Below, one piece after another: positions 41,876 through 51,700 of a stretch of DNA of 64,000 nt. This DNA is from a virus, in the IMG/VR virus record IMGVR_UViG_3300037247_000847, positions 1-64,000 of that record; one strand, given 5' to 3'. The position numbers and the translations under genes were made by a program. The first letter of the stretch is position 1. The number at the start of each line of letters is the position of its first letter. The notes below the pieces were generated by a model. It ran no database searches, was not told the DNA's origin, and was given only the letters and a program-made list of their open reading frames with translations.

Positions 41876-43046
41876 GCTCCACGAGCCCACATTTGGTGAG
41901 GATGAGATCGCCGCCGCTGTCGCGGTAATGCGCTCTACTATGGTGACCTCGGGTGCTAAGGTACGGGAGTTTGAATCCCACTTCGGTCCGAACGCGGTCA
42001 TGTGCAACTCGGGTTCGTCAGCCAATCTGCTAGCTATCGCGGCCTTGTGCAATCCGATGACGCCGACCCACCTGGAACCGGGTGACGAGGTGATCGTCTC
42101 GGCGCTGTCATGGTCGACTACCGTCTGGCCGTTGGTGCAGCATGGGCTGGTGCCGAAGATCGTCGACATCGATCCCTGGACACTCAACATCGATGGGGCA
42201 GAAGTCGAGCGAGCTATCGCGCGCAAAACCAGAGCCATCATGCCAGTCCACGTCTACGGCAATCCATGTGACTTGCAGGAGATCAATCTTATCGCCGATA
42301 AACACGGCCTGTACTTGATCGAGGATTGCTGTGAGGCTCTTGGGGCAACCTATCTAAATCAGCCAGTGGGGCACGGTGCGAATTTCGCGACATATAGCTT
42401 CTACTTTTCGCATCACATCACCACGCTCGAAGGTGGTTTGGTTACGACGGCGAGTACTAATATTGATCTCCTCCGCATCCTGCGCGCCCACGGCTGGACC
42501 CGCGATCTTGAGGACGACACGGCCTATCGCGACAAGCACCCCGACATCGACCCCAAGTTCCTGTTCGTCAATGCGGGCTACAACCTGCGGGCCAGCGAGG
42601 TCAACGCGGCCATCGGGCTGGTGCAGTTACCCAAGCTGCCCGGCTTCGTCGAGGCCCGGCGCGCGGCTGCGGCCCATTTGATCGAGGCCTTCCGGCCCCA
42701 CAAGGAGTTTCTGTCGGTCCAGAAGGAGACGCCCGGCGGCAAATCATCTTGGTTTGGCTTCCCGGTGATAGTCAGCAAGGACGCCCCCTTCGAGGCCAAG
42801 GCTCTCAGAACTCACTTCGAGCGCCATGGCATCGAGACCAGGGCCATTATCTGCGGCAACATCGCGCGTCAGCCCGGCATGCAGATTTGGCCGCATGTCA
42901 AGGTCGGCTCGCTCAAGCATGCGGATCATGTGATGAGCCACGGGTTCTCGATTGGCTGCCACCAGGGCGTGGATGCCGCGGCCTGCGATCACGTTCGCAC
43001 CGTCCTCGATGACTTCATGGGTCTGGTCAGATGCGCGCCTTCATAA
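41865..43046 (+). CDS. DegT/DnrJ-family PLP enzyme, 4-keto-6-deoxy-sugar 3-dehydratase type (ColD/E1-like)
   Basis: NSGSSANL, IEDCCEALG, SFYFSHHITTLEGG with His in place of the Schiff-base Lys. Confidence 0.88.
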   Translation: MQVKLHEPTFGEDEIAAAVAVMRSTMVTSGAKVREFESHFGPNAVMCNSGSSANLLAIAALCNPMTPTHLEPGDEVIVSALSWSTTVWPLVQHGLVPKIVDIDPWTLNIDGAEVERAIARKTRAIMPVHVYGNPCDLQEINLIADKHGLYLIEDCCEALGATYLNQPVGHGANFATYSFYFSHHITTLEGGLVTTASTNIDLLRILRAHGWTRDLEDDTAYRDKHPDIDPKFLFVNAGYNLRASEVNAAIGLVQLPKLPGFVEARRAAAAHLIEAFRPHKEFLSVQKETPGGKSSWFGFPVIVSKDAPFEAKALRTHFERHGIETRAIICGNIARQPGMQIWPHVKVGSLKHADHVMSHGFSIGCHQGVDAAACDHVRTVLDDFMGLVRCAPS

Positions 43047-44020
43047 CCGGCATCGCGGGCTTCGTCGGCTCGCACTTGGCCGAATACTTGATGGCGAATA
43101 CGGATTGGGAGATCGCGGGCCTGACGCGCTGGTCCGATCCGCTGGACAACCTCGCGGCCTTGATGCCCTGGATCAACACGGGCCAGCGCGTGCGGCTGAT
43201 CGAGGGTGATCTGAATGACCCCGCGTCGCTTGCTCGAGCGGTCAAGGCTTCACGACCTGATTATGTATTCCATTTAGCGGCGCAGTCCTACGTGCCGGCG
43301 AGTTTTATCAGCCCGGCCGAGACGCTGCGGACCAATATCATCGGGACCAGTAATCTGTTGGAGGCATTGCGGCAGGAGGTGCCGGAAGCCTGGGTGCATA
43401 TCTGCTCGTCCTCGGAGGTCTACGGGCGGGCGCAAGGAACCCTGGCCGAAGATTCACCGTTGCATGCAACAAGTCCCTATTCCGTCTCCAAGATTGGAAC
43501 CGATTTCCTGGGTCGCTTTTACGCCGAGGCCTATGGGCTTAAGACGGTGACGACACGGATGTTTACCCATACAGGCCCGCGTCGAGGCGATGTGTTTGCC
43601 GAATCATCCTTCGCTAAACAGATTGCTATGAAGGAGGTGGGACAACTCAGTGGGCCTATCCAAGTTGGTAATCTGAACGCGGTGCGGACAATAGCGGACG
43701 TGCGTGATGCCGTCCGGGCCTATCATATGCTACTGACCGTCAATCCCCAGGCAGGCGCGGTTTACAACATAGGTGGTACCCATACCTGTACGATCAGCCA
43801 GGTACTCGATATCCTGTTCGAAGTGGCTGGTCAGCGCTACGAAGTTGAAGTCGACCCGGAGCGGTTGCGACCCATCGATGCTGATCATCAGGTGCCGGAC
43901 TGTTCTGCATTCATGGAGCACACAGGTTGGAAGCCAGAGATTTCTTTCGAGCAGACCATGGCCGACCTGCTGAAATATTGGCGTGAGAAGGTCAAACACA
44001 GGAGGCTGTTACAACGATGA
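43031..44020 (+). CDS. GDP-sugar 4,6-dehydratase, closest in motif pattern to GDP-heptose dehydratases (DmhA-like)
   Basis: GIAGFVG, HLAAQS, SSSEVYG, SPYSVSK, THTGPRRGDVF, RLRPIDAD. Confidence 0.88.
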   Translation: MRAFITGIAGFVGSHLAEYLMANTDWEIAGLTRWSDPLDNLAALMPWINTGQRVRLIEGDLNDPASLARAVKASRPDYVFHLAAQSYVPASFISPAETLRTNIIGTSNLLEALRQEVPEAWVHICSSSEVYGRAQGTLAEDSPLHATSPYSVSKIGTDFLGRFYAEAYGLKTVTTRMFTHTGPRRGDVFAESSFAKQIAMKEVGQLSGPIQVGNLNAVRTIADVRDAVRAYHMLLTVNPQAGAVYNIGGTHTCTISQVLDILFEVAGQRYEVEVDPERLRPIDADHQVPDCSAFMEHTGWKPEISFEQTMADLLKYWREKVKHRRLLQR

Positions 44021-44415
44021 TCGTTCTCTGTTCGGGTGGGTTTGACCCACTTCATGCTGGCCACCTTAATCATCTCATGGAAGCAAGCAAGTTAGGCACG
44101 GTTGCCGTGGCTCTGACCTCTGATGATTGGCTAATGCGAAAGAAAGGCTACGTCTTTATGTCGTGGAAGGATCGAGCGTTCATTTTGGCTGGGTTGTCTT
44201 GTGTTGCCTCCGTCCATCCGGTCGCAGATGAGGACGATACGGTTTGTGCGGCATTGAGAACTATAAGGCCGGATATTCATGCCAATGGTGGTGACCGTGT
44301 AGAGCCACTTCCTGCAGAAGATGCAGTCTGCAAAGAGCTTGGAATTAGACAGGTGTTTGGTATCGGTGGCGACAAGACACATTCATCAAGCAAACTCGTT
44401 GAGGCGGTCAGATGA
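44017..44415 (+). CDS. cytidylyltransferase-family nucleotidyltransferase
   Basis: SGGFDPLHAGH, ANGGDR, SSS. Confidence 0.88.
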   Translation: MIVLCSGGFDPLHAGHLNHLMEASKLGTVAVALTSDDWLMRKKGYVFMSWKDRAFILAGLSCVASVHPVADEDDTVCAALRTIRPDIHANGGDRVEPLPAEDAVCKELGIRQVFGIGGDKTHSSSKLVEAVR

Positions 44416-45392
44416 TTATTTCTAGAACTCCCTACAGAATTAGTTTCTTCGGTGGTGGCTCGGATTACGAGGCTCAGTATTCTCGGCATGGTGGCGCGGT
44501 CCTGAGTGCTACGATCGACAAATACTGTTACATCTCGCTCCGGCGCATGCCACCGTTTCTTGGTAGTAAGTACCGGGTTTTTTGGTCGCAAATGGAGGCT
44601 GTCGACCACCGTGAGGACATTCAGCATGCCGGTGTGCGCGGGTGCCTTGAATTTCTCGATATCGATGATGGGATAGAAATAAACCATGCTGGTGATCTTC
44701 CGGCTCGAAGTGGGTTAGGTTCATCCTCGGCCTTTACCGTGGGTATGCTCTCTGCTCTACACGCGCTTCGTGGTGAAACACCTAGCAGAGCACAGCTTGC
44801 AAATGAGGCTATAAAGGTAGAGCAGGAGGTCTTGTGTGAAACTGTTGGTATTCAGGATCAAATTGCTTGTGCCTGGGGTGGGCTAAACATGATTGAGATC
44901 AACCGTGGGGGTAATTACGGTATCATACCTGTATTGTTGCCCGCGGAGCGCCGGACCATGCTAGAAAGTCATTTGATGTTGTTTTTTACCGGCATCCAGC
45001 GTCATGCATCTGAGATAGCTAAGACACAGATTGATAATACCGAGCGGAACGTAGATGCGCTTGGAGCGATTACCGAACAAGTGCGACAGGCGTTTGTTAT
45101 TCTTAAGGAAGGAGATATGGATGAATTTGGTCATTTGCTTGGTGAGGGTTGGAAACTGAAGCGACAATTGAGTGACAAGATATCGAGCCCAGAGATTGAT
45201 GCGCTATATGCTGCCGCCTGTGCTGCCGGTGCGTTGGGGGGAAAAGTGATTGGAGCCGGTGGTGGGGGCTTCATGCTTTTCTACGTTCCTCTTGAGCGCC
45301 AGACCGCTGTACGTGGGGCACTAGGGGGATTGATCGACATCCCGGTTCGGTTTGAGAATGGTGGTAGTCAGATTGTATTAAATGCCCAATAA
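44412..45392 (+). CDS. hddA: GHMP kinase, D-glycero-alpha-D-manno-heptose-7-phosphate kinase-like
   Basis: PYRISFFGGGSD, LPARSGLGSSS, GIQDQ, GGKVIGAGGGGF. Confidence 0.85.
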   Translation: MIISRTPYRISFFGGGSDYEAQYSRHGGAVLSATIDKYCYISLRRMPPFLGSKYRVFWSQMEAVDHREDIQHAGVRGCLEFLDIDDGIEINHAGDLPARSGLGSSSAFTVGMLSALHALRGETPSRAQLANEAIKVEQEVLCETVGIQDQIACAWGGLNMIEINRGGNYGIIPVLLPAERRTMLESHLMLFFTGIQRHASEIAKTQIDNTERNVDALGAITEQVRQAFVILKEGDMDEFGHLLGEGWKLKRQLSDKISSPEIDALYAAACAAGALGGKVIGAGGGGFMLFYVPLERQTAVRGALGGLIDIPVRFENGGSQIVLNAQ

Positions 45393-47199
45393 ATCGGTTT
45401 ACTTTAACGAATATAACATCCGTATGGGGTCACTGTCGTATCTACCCTTGGTATCAGGGTTGTTGCGTGCTCATGCGGAAACGTCGGAGATGGTCAGGCG
45501 GGAATATACGTTCAAGCCATTTATCTATGTTAATGACGCACCACAAACCATTCTTGACCGTTACAACAGCCCAGCGGTTGCCGCATTCTCATCCTTTATG
45601 TGGAATGAGCAACTCAACCATACGATCGCGCGAGAGGTTAAGGCATCTTGGCCTGAGTGCCTGATTGTATTTGGTGGACCGCAAGTTCCTCATCATCCAA
45701 TGGAGTACATGAAAGAACGACCTTGGATCGACGTGTGTGTCCGTGCCGAGGGTGAAGTGGCCTTCACCGAGGTGCTAGAGCGCTTCGTTGAAACAACTGA
45801 TTTCTCGGCTATTCCTGGTATAACATGGCAAGGAGGTGAAAACCATGGGGAGCGTCCTTTCTCACGTGATCTCGACGAATTGCCATCGCCTTATTTGGAG
45901 GGACTCTATGATACGTTGGTTGAAGGTGGAGATAGTTTCCAAGCCATTATCGAAACTAACCGTGGATGCCCCTTTCACTGCACATTCTGCTATTGGGGTA
46001 AGGGTGGCCTTAGTCGAAAATATAAATATTTCGGATTGGAGCGGATCTATCGTGAATTAGAATGGTGTGCCAAACACAAAATAAAGTACATCTTCAATGC
46101 CGACAGTAATTTCGGCATGAACAAACGCGATACCGAGATTGCAGATTTTCTGGTTGATCTCAAGGAACGAACCGGGTTCCCCGATAAGTTCCGCACATGT
46201 TACGGCAAGAATACGGACGAAAAGATATTTGCTATTGGCTCACTGTTTCACAAGCACAAGTTGGAAAAGGGCATCACGTTGGCTCGGCAGTCCAATGACA
46301 AAACGGTGTTGAAGAATATCAAGCGTGGTAATATATCTATGGATACCTACAAGAACCTACAGGAGCGTTTCAACCACGAAAATATCCCAATTTATTCGGA
46401 GTTGATCCTTGGATTACCAGGGGAGACGGTTGAGAGTTGGCGGAATGGTATTGATGAATTGTTGAGGGCTGGGCTCAAGAATCAACTGTTTGTTTATTTC
46501 TGCCAGGTCTACCCAAATACTGATCTCGGAGATCCGGGGTATCAGAAAGAATTTGGTATTGTTACCCAGCAGGTACCACTTAACGAAATTCATGGAACGA
46601 TTCATTATGAAGCATTTTGGGTAACGGAATACGAGGAAATCGTAGTCGCTACTGATAGTATGCCAACCGAGGATTGGCGGCAGATGGCTATTCTATCGTG
46701 GGTCACGATGTTGATGCATAGTCTCAAGCTGGGCTACTTTGTGATGGAGTGGATGCATGACGAACATGACGTACCTCATATTGAGTTTTTGGAATACCTC
46801 GCTACAGGTTTAGGAGATGGTCCGATAGCCCGTGAAATAGCAATTTTCAATGCTACGCTTGATGACATGCTGGTTGGGAAGGGACGTGGTTGTGTCATTG
46901 ATGACTGTGGTAATACCTATTGGGATATCGAGGAAGCCAGTTTTATCCGCTGTATGCGAAGTCCACATGATTTTTATTGGGAAGACCTGTACTTTCAAGT
47001 TAAAATGTTTCTCTTTGATTATTGGAGAAAAAATGGCTTCGGCGAGCGCTCAAAGATAAAAAGAAGTTTATCTGAAGTGATCGAATATCAGAAGTCGCGT
47101 ATACCAACCATCGAGATGTTTGACGGTAACGTAGAACGCTGGGCTCGTGAGACCATCTTATGGGGTCGCAAGAGTGGAACGATGTTGGTGCCTGAATGA
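45382..47199 (+). CDS. cobalamin-binding radical SAM enzyme
   Basis: FGGP, AEGE, ETNRGCPFHCTFC, ADSNFG, ELILGLPGET. Confidence 0.9.
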   Translation: MPNKSVYFNEYNIRMGSLSYLPLVSGLLRAHAETSEMVRREYTFKPFIYVNDAPQTILDRYNSPAVAAFSSFMWNEQLNHTIAREVKASWPECLIVFGGPQVPHHPMEYMKERPWIDVCVRAEGEVAFTEVLERFVETTDFSAIPGITWQGGENHGERPFSRDLDELPSPYLEGLYDTLVEGGDSFQAIIETNRGCPFHCTFCYWGKGGLSRKYKYFGLERIYRELEWCAKHKIKYIFNADSNFGMNKRDTEIADFLVDLKERTGFPDKFRTCYGKNTDEKIFAIGSLFHKHKLEKGITLARQSNDKTVLKNIKRGNISMDTYKNLQERFNHENIPIYSELILGLPGETVESWRNGIDELLRAGLKNQLFVYFCQVYPNTDLGDPGYQKEFGIVTQQVPLNEIHGTIHYEAFWVTEYEEIVVATDSMPTEDWRQMAILSWVTMLMHSLKLGYFVMEWMHDEHDVPHIEFLEYLATGLGDGPIAREIAIFNATLDDMLVGKGRGCVIDDCGNTYWDIEEASFIRCMRSPHDFYWEDLYFQVKMFLFDYWRKNGFGERSKIKRSLSEVIEYQKSRIPTIEMFDGNVERWARETILWGRKSGTMLVPE

Positions 47200-48059
47200 A
47201 GGCTCTATTTGTCACGCCAGAATCTCATGAGCTTGTCTTAGCGTGGAATTCGTGGAATGAGCCAGCTACGCACAAGACGTTTAATGTTTGGGACGAGCCC
47301 GACGATGAAAGCATATTGCAAATTGTTAGAGACACTGCGCCGGATGTGATCTTTTATGTTGGTGGTAATGCAGGTAAAGGCTTACCATCATTCAAGACGT
47401 TTCGGGATCTTCGAAACCTGGCACCTCTTATTCATTTATGTTGGGATGCAACTGACGTCGCTTGGCACGCGACCCTTGCGGAATACAAAAGATACGAGTG
47501 TTTCAATCTCCAGGTTGCAATGGATGGAGGAACGGACTCTCCGGTAGATATGGCTACATTGACGCCGTGTGATCCACGGCCATATGAACGAAGCAGTGAC
47601 GTAAGAAATATCAGGTGTGCTTTTGCTGGGCAGAATGTCAACAGAGCGTTTAATCCTATTGATCAACACCCTCGGTGGAATATCCTGATGCCCCTGGTTA
47701 AAATGAAGTTGGTCAAATACCGGAAACGAAATGCTGGACCATATAGTGATTATGTAGAGTATATTAAGAACTGTCAGATATTGCTCAACATCTCACATAC
47801 TGGATCGGGTAGGGCTCATCATGTCAAGGTACGTGTTATTGAAGCTGGACTTGCTGGATGTGCCCTTTTGGAAATGAGACAAGCACCAACTAGTAAATGG
47901 ATACCGAAGGAATTGTTATTTCAGTATAGAAATATTAAAGAAGCAGCAGAGATAATTCGTTCAGCCGAGATAGAGGACAAGGCTTCTGCATTAGGTACGT
48001 ATGTGCGTGAGAATTATAGTCCACAGCGGATTTACGAAAGCATTCTGGATCGGCTATGA
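47196..48059 (+). CDS. GT-B glycosyltransferase (CgeB-like), paralog 1
   Basis: PDVIFYVG, CFNLQV..DG, HHVKVRVIEAGLAGCALLE. Confidence 0.75.
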   Translation: MKALFVTPESHELVLAWNSWNEPATHKTFNVWDEPDDESILQIVRDTAPDVIFYVGGNAGKGLPSFKTFRDLRNLAPLIHLCWDATDVAWHATLAEYKRYECFNLQVAMDGGTDSPVDMATLTPCDPRPYERSSDVRNIRCAFAGQNVNRAFNPIDQHPRWNILMPLVKMKLVKYRKRNAGPYSDYVEYIKNCQILLNISHTGSGRAHHVKVRVIEAGLAGCALLEMRQAPTSKWIPKELLFQYRNIKEAAEIIRSAEIEDKASALGTYVRENYSPQRIYESILDRL

Positions 48060-48928
48060 AAGCGGTCTTTGTAACGACATTTCCTAATGACGTAGCCAAT
48101 GTGATTGCAGCTTGGGATTGCTGGAATGAGGTTAAATCCGAGCGGATTATTTTTGACTTCCGTCAAGTTATCGACGACGCAGATATTTTGCGCCGTGCGG
48201 AGGCAGCTTCACCGGACGTAATTTTTTATGTTGGTGGTTGTGGTGGACCAATGCACTTACCCACCATTGCGACGCTCCAAGCATTGAAGGAAATGGCCCC
48301 TTCTATTAATTTGATTTTTGACGGTATCGAGGATGCATGGTATGAAATGATTGCGAAATACAAGCAGCATGAATGCTTCAATTTGCAGGTTACTATTGAC
48401 GGGTGTCCCGACGCTCCTGTTGATTTGGTCACCACTGCTCCGGTTGATACGAGGTTGTTTGCGGGGGAAGATCCACCCAAGGATATCCCCTGCGGGATTT
48501 CGGGAAACATTGGCCGTGGTGATAAGAGGTCGAAAATCATCAATCCGTTGATATGGGAAGGTCTAGTAGAAATGAGGAGGAGGGATGTGGTTGGGGATGG
48601 GTTCCCGGAGCACGTTGCCTTTATGCGAAGATGCCAAATGATCATTAACACGTCTTTTACAGGTTCAGGCAACAAACATCATGTAAAGCAGCGTGTGTTC
48701 GAAACCGGGTTTGCTGGAGCTGCCTTACTTGAATGTGAAGCAGCCCCAACACATTTCTGGATACCACAGTCATATTTCTTTAGGTACAAAAATACTTTAC
48801 ACGCAAGTCAGATTATTAAGACACTCGACGCGAGGGAGATTGCGGAAAAGGGTCAAATGTTGCAACAATATGTTAGGGCTCATTATATGCCAGAGCAAGT
48901 ATATGGTGCAATGTTGGATCGATTATGA
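48056..48928 (+). CDS. GT-B glycosyltransferase (CgeB-like), paralog 2
   Basis: PDVIFYVG, CFNLQV..DG, HHVKQRVFETGFAGAALLE. Confidence 0.75.
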   Translation: MKAVFVTTFPNDVANVIAAWDCWNEVKSERIIFDFRQVIDDADILRRAEAASPDVIFYVGGCGGPMHLPTIATLQALKEMAPSINLIFDGIEDAWYEMIAKYKQHECFNLQVTIDGCPDAPVDLVTTAPVDTRLFAGEDPPKDIPCGISGNIGRGDKRSKIINPLIWEGLVEMRRRDVVGDGFPEHVAFMRRCQMIINTSFTGSGNKHHVKQRVFETGFAGAALLECEAAPTHFWIPQSYFFRYKNTLHASQIIKTLDAREIAEKGQMLQQYVRAHYMPEQVYGAMLDRL

Positions 48929-49953
48929 GGGCATTATTCGTTACCAGCTCGACGTCCGATGTAGATAGTCTCGTTCGTGCCTGGGATTGCTGGCAGCCTG
49001 ACAAATCTATCCGCGTGATGTTTCCCCACATGGGGGAGCCTAGAGACGAGAAAATTCTGGCTATAGCTAGGGAAATGCGACCGGATATTATTTTCTACAT
49101 TGGAGCCAATGAAGGTTCAGGTATTCCTTCGATGGAAACGTTTTTGAGACTTCGGGAAATGGCTCCGTCGATCAACCTTTGTTGCGATGCTGGGGATACG
49201 CCGTGGTACGAACCTTTGAAGCGTTACAAAAAAGCGGGGTGTTTCAATCTGCAAGTTGCGCTTGATGGCTATCTTAATGCTCCGGTCGATCTTGTGACCA
49301 TAACCCCGGTCGATCCTGCACCGTACATTCAGCCTGTCGCGTGGAAACGCTTCATCCGGTGTGGGTTTTCGGGAGGGGTATCTTCCAAGGAAAGGCTTGC
49401 TGTTTTCAAAGTAAGCTTTGCAAGCCGGATGCCACCAAAGATCGTTAAGAAGCGCCCTCGCAATGCGTTGCCTGCTTGGAAGCCACTGTATAAGAAACAT
49501 CCCGACATGCCACCTCCAGTGCCAACCACACAGCGGGACAAGATCGTTTGGGGTCTTGAGAACATGAAAGACATTATCACTGTGCGGCGGCGAACATCCA
49601 AGGCCCCTTATTCCGATCACGTCGCATTTATGCAGTCGTGTCATATAATCATAAATACGTCAACCAGTGGAACGGGAGACACACATCAAATTAAGGGGCG
49701 TGTTCTCGAAGCTGGATGGGCTAAATGCGCGCTACTTGAATCAGTAGGCTCGCCAATAGCCGAGTGGCTACCAGAAGAAAGTTATTTCATTTACCGTGAT
49801 GCTGATCATGCGAAGGACCTGATCAAAAGTCTAACAGTTGAGCAAGTCACAAAATCAGCGCTCGTACTAAATGAATATGTGGAGAATCATTATCACCCTC
49901 GTCAGATTTACGGCGAGATTTTGGAGCGAGCTGGTGTGGATTATTCCGTCTAG
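48925..49953 (+). CDS. GT-B glycosyltransferase (CgeB-like), paralog 3, with Pro/Lys-rich insertion
   Basis: PDIIFYIG, CFNLQV..DG, HQIKGRVLEAGWAKCALLE. Confidence 0.75.
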   Translation: MRALFVTSSTSDVDSLVRAWDCWQPDKSIRVMFPHMGEPRDEKILAIAREMRPDIIFYIGANEGSGIPSMETFLRLREMAPSINLCCDAGDTPWYEPLKRYKKAGCFNLQVALDGYLNAPVDLVTITPVDPAPYIQPVAWKRFIRCGFSGGVSSKERLAVFKVSFASRMPPKIVKKRPRNALPAWKPLYKKHPDMPPPVPTTQRDKIVWGLENMKDIITVRRRTSKAPYSDHVAFMQSCHIIINTSTSGTGDTHQIKGRVLEAGWAKCALLESVGSPIAEWLPEESYFIYRDADHAKDLIKSLTVEQVTKSALVLNEYVENHYHPRQIYGEILERAGVDYSV

Positions 49954-50518
49954 GGGGCGACCTCAAAATATTAATCGTTTGGCTGAAGCTTTTCGGGACA
50001 CTGGAGTAACAACGCCCGTTCGGTTACGGCTCGATGATGATGATCCGTGCGGATATGTTTGTCCAGCTCACTGGGAAGTAGTTACTGGGCCGCGAGCACC
50101 TTTAAGCCAATACTACAACGAAGTGTTTGATCGCAGCCTCGATTGGTACGGGCTCTTTGCCGACGATGTAGTACCAGAAACGCCGTACTGGGATATACTT
50201 CTAATCGAAGCTGCCGGTTCCGATGGTGTAGCTTATGGTAATGATGGGATTGGTACTAGGCCAACACACTTTGTGGTCGGTGGGCAGCTTGCCCGCGAGA
50301 TTGGCTGGCTGGCGCTGCCTGGCTTATCACGTATCTACATCGACACGGTTTGGCACGATATCGCGACCAAGCGCAACGTGTTGCGGTTTCTTCCTGATGT
50401 TCGGATTCCGCATCTGCATTTTTCTAACCGGCTGGCGTTGTTCGACCGAACGTATCGCAAGTCTACTAAGGACCAGGACCGCGCTCTCTATCAGGCGTGG
50501 CGCAATCGAGAAGGATGA
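49934..50518 (+). CDS. GT-A (GT2-like) glycosyltransferase
   Basis: IIPSRGRP, DDDD, ADD, YID..W, HLH; start reassigned to GTG 49934. Confidence 0.75.
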   Translation: MWIIPSRGRPQNINRLAEAFRDTGVTTPVRLRLDDDDPCGYVCPAHWEVVTGPRAPLSQYYNEVFDRSLDWYGLFADDVVPETPYWDILLIEAAGSDGVAYGNDGIGTRPTHFVVGGQLAREIGWLALPGLSRIYIDTVWHDIATKRNVLRFLPDVRIPHLHFSNRLALFDRTYRKSTKDQDRALYQAWRNREG

Positions 50519-51048
50519 GTATCATGAGACAGGCGAAACGGGTGTTAAAGCCGCAGGTCATAAATGTGTTTGATAATGCGGTTGTGCAGGTAAAATGTAT
50601 ACCTAGTGAGGACGAAATCGACGTTGCGACCCTCTTGGGTCATTCATTAGCACGATTCGAGTTTATTATTGGTACGTCGTTCGATCTACAATTTCTTTCT
50701 ATGGACGGATCACAGTTGCTAGGTATCCGTCGTTATATTGTTAATGAGGTGACGGACAGAATAGCTGTCAATGATGTTAATCACTACCAAACATTGTCAA
50801 AGACAGTTTTTGATCGGAAGTGTGAACCTATTGGAGATTGGTTCTTTTTCCATGAGGAGGGTAATCAACTACAAAAAAATCTTGTAGGTGATAAACCTAA
50901 TAATAAGACTAAAGACTTTCGTAATATGAGTGTAGCCGATCTCCAGGGTACTATGAAGGGATTGAGAGGGAGTGGATTTAAAGTAGGTACTAAACACGGC
51001 GCAATGGTTAAAGCTATTCGTAAGCACCTATCGACTGTCCAGGAGTAG
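50515..51048 (+). CDS. hypothetical protein
   Basis: ATGA overlap, AAGG SD. Confidence 0.6.
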   Translation: MSIMRQAKRVLKPQVINVFDNAVVQVKCIPSEDEIDVATLLGHSLARFEFIIGTSFDLQFLSMDGSQLLGIRRYIVNEVTDRIAVNDVNHYQTLSKTVFDRKCEPIGDWFFFHEEGNQLQKNLVGDKPNNKTKDFRNMSVADLQGTMKGLRGSGFKVGTKHGAMVKAIRKHLSTVQE

Positions 51049-51053
51049 TATCA

Positions 51054-51674
51054 ATGACTTCTGATATTGATGTAGTTAATGTGGCTCTTCGACGTGTTAG
51101 TGCAAGCCGAATTACTTCATTTACGGAAGATTCAGCGTCAGCTACCGTAGCTAATGATCTTTATGATGAGGTCTTAGACGATCTTCTTCGTCAGCACGCT
51201 TGGAACTTTGCTACGAAGAGAGCAAAACTAGCCCAACTATCGGAAACTCCTACCTTTGAGTTCGATCATGCTTATACGATGCCACCAGACTGGATTAGAA
51301 CAATATCAGTACACCCGAATTCAGCAGGTGCTGGTACTATGTTTTATCGAGAAGAGCAACTTGATGATAAACGGGTGATACTTACGAGTGCTGATGAAGT
51401 ATATTTACGCTATATAGTCAGGGTTACAGATCCCAACTTGTGGCCACCAGACTTTAGAAATGCATTTAGTATGACTTTATCTCGCGACTTTGCAATACCG
51501 CTTGGCAATTCTAACACTATGCATGCTAGTTTTGACAGACTTAGTAGGAGTGCTCTAGCTAGAGCACGCTCTACTGATGCGATGGGATCTTCACCAGAGA
51601 GACGACCACGTGGCTCTTGGGTGACGCGGAGGGGTGGTCCCTCGAGACCAATTGTTGGTAATACAACTACGTAG
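51054..51674 (+). CDS. tail tubular protein A (adaptor)
   Basis: N.AL..V...I, LLRQHAWNFA.KR, Y.MPPD.IR, F...L. Confidence 0.88.
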   Translation: MTSDIDVVNVALRRVSASRITSFTEDSASATVANDLYDEVLDDLLRQHAWNFATKRAKLAQLSETPTFEFDHAYTMPPDWIRTISVHPNSAGAGTMFYREEQLDDKRVILTSADEVYLRYIVRVTDPNLWPPDFRNAFSMTLSRDFAIPLGNSNTMHASFDRLSRSALARARSTDAMGSSPERRPRGSWVTRRGGPSRPIVGNTTT

Positions 51675-51700
51675 GTATGGGTATTTAGAAGGATCGTAAT

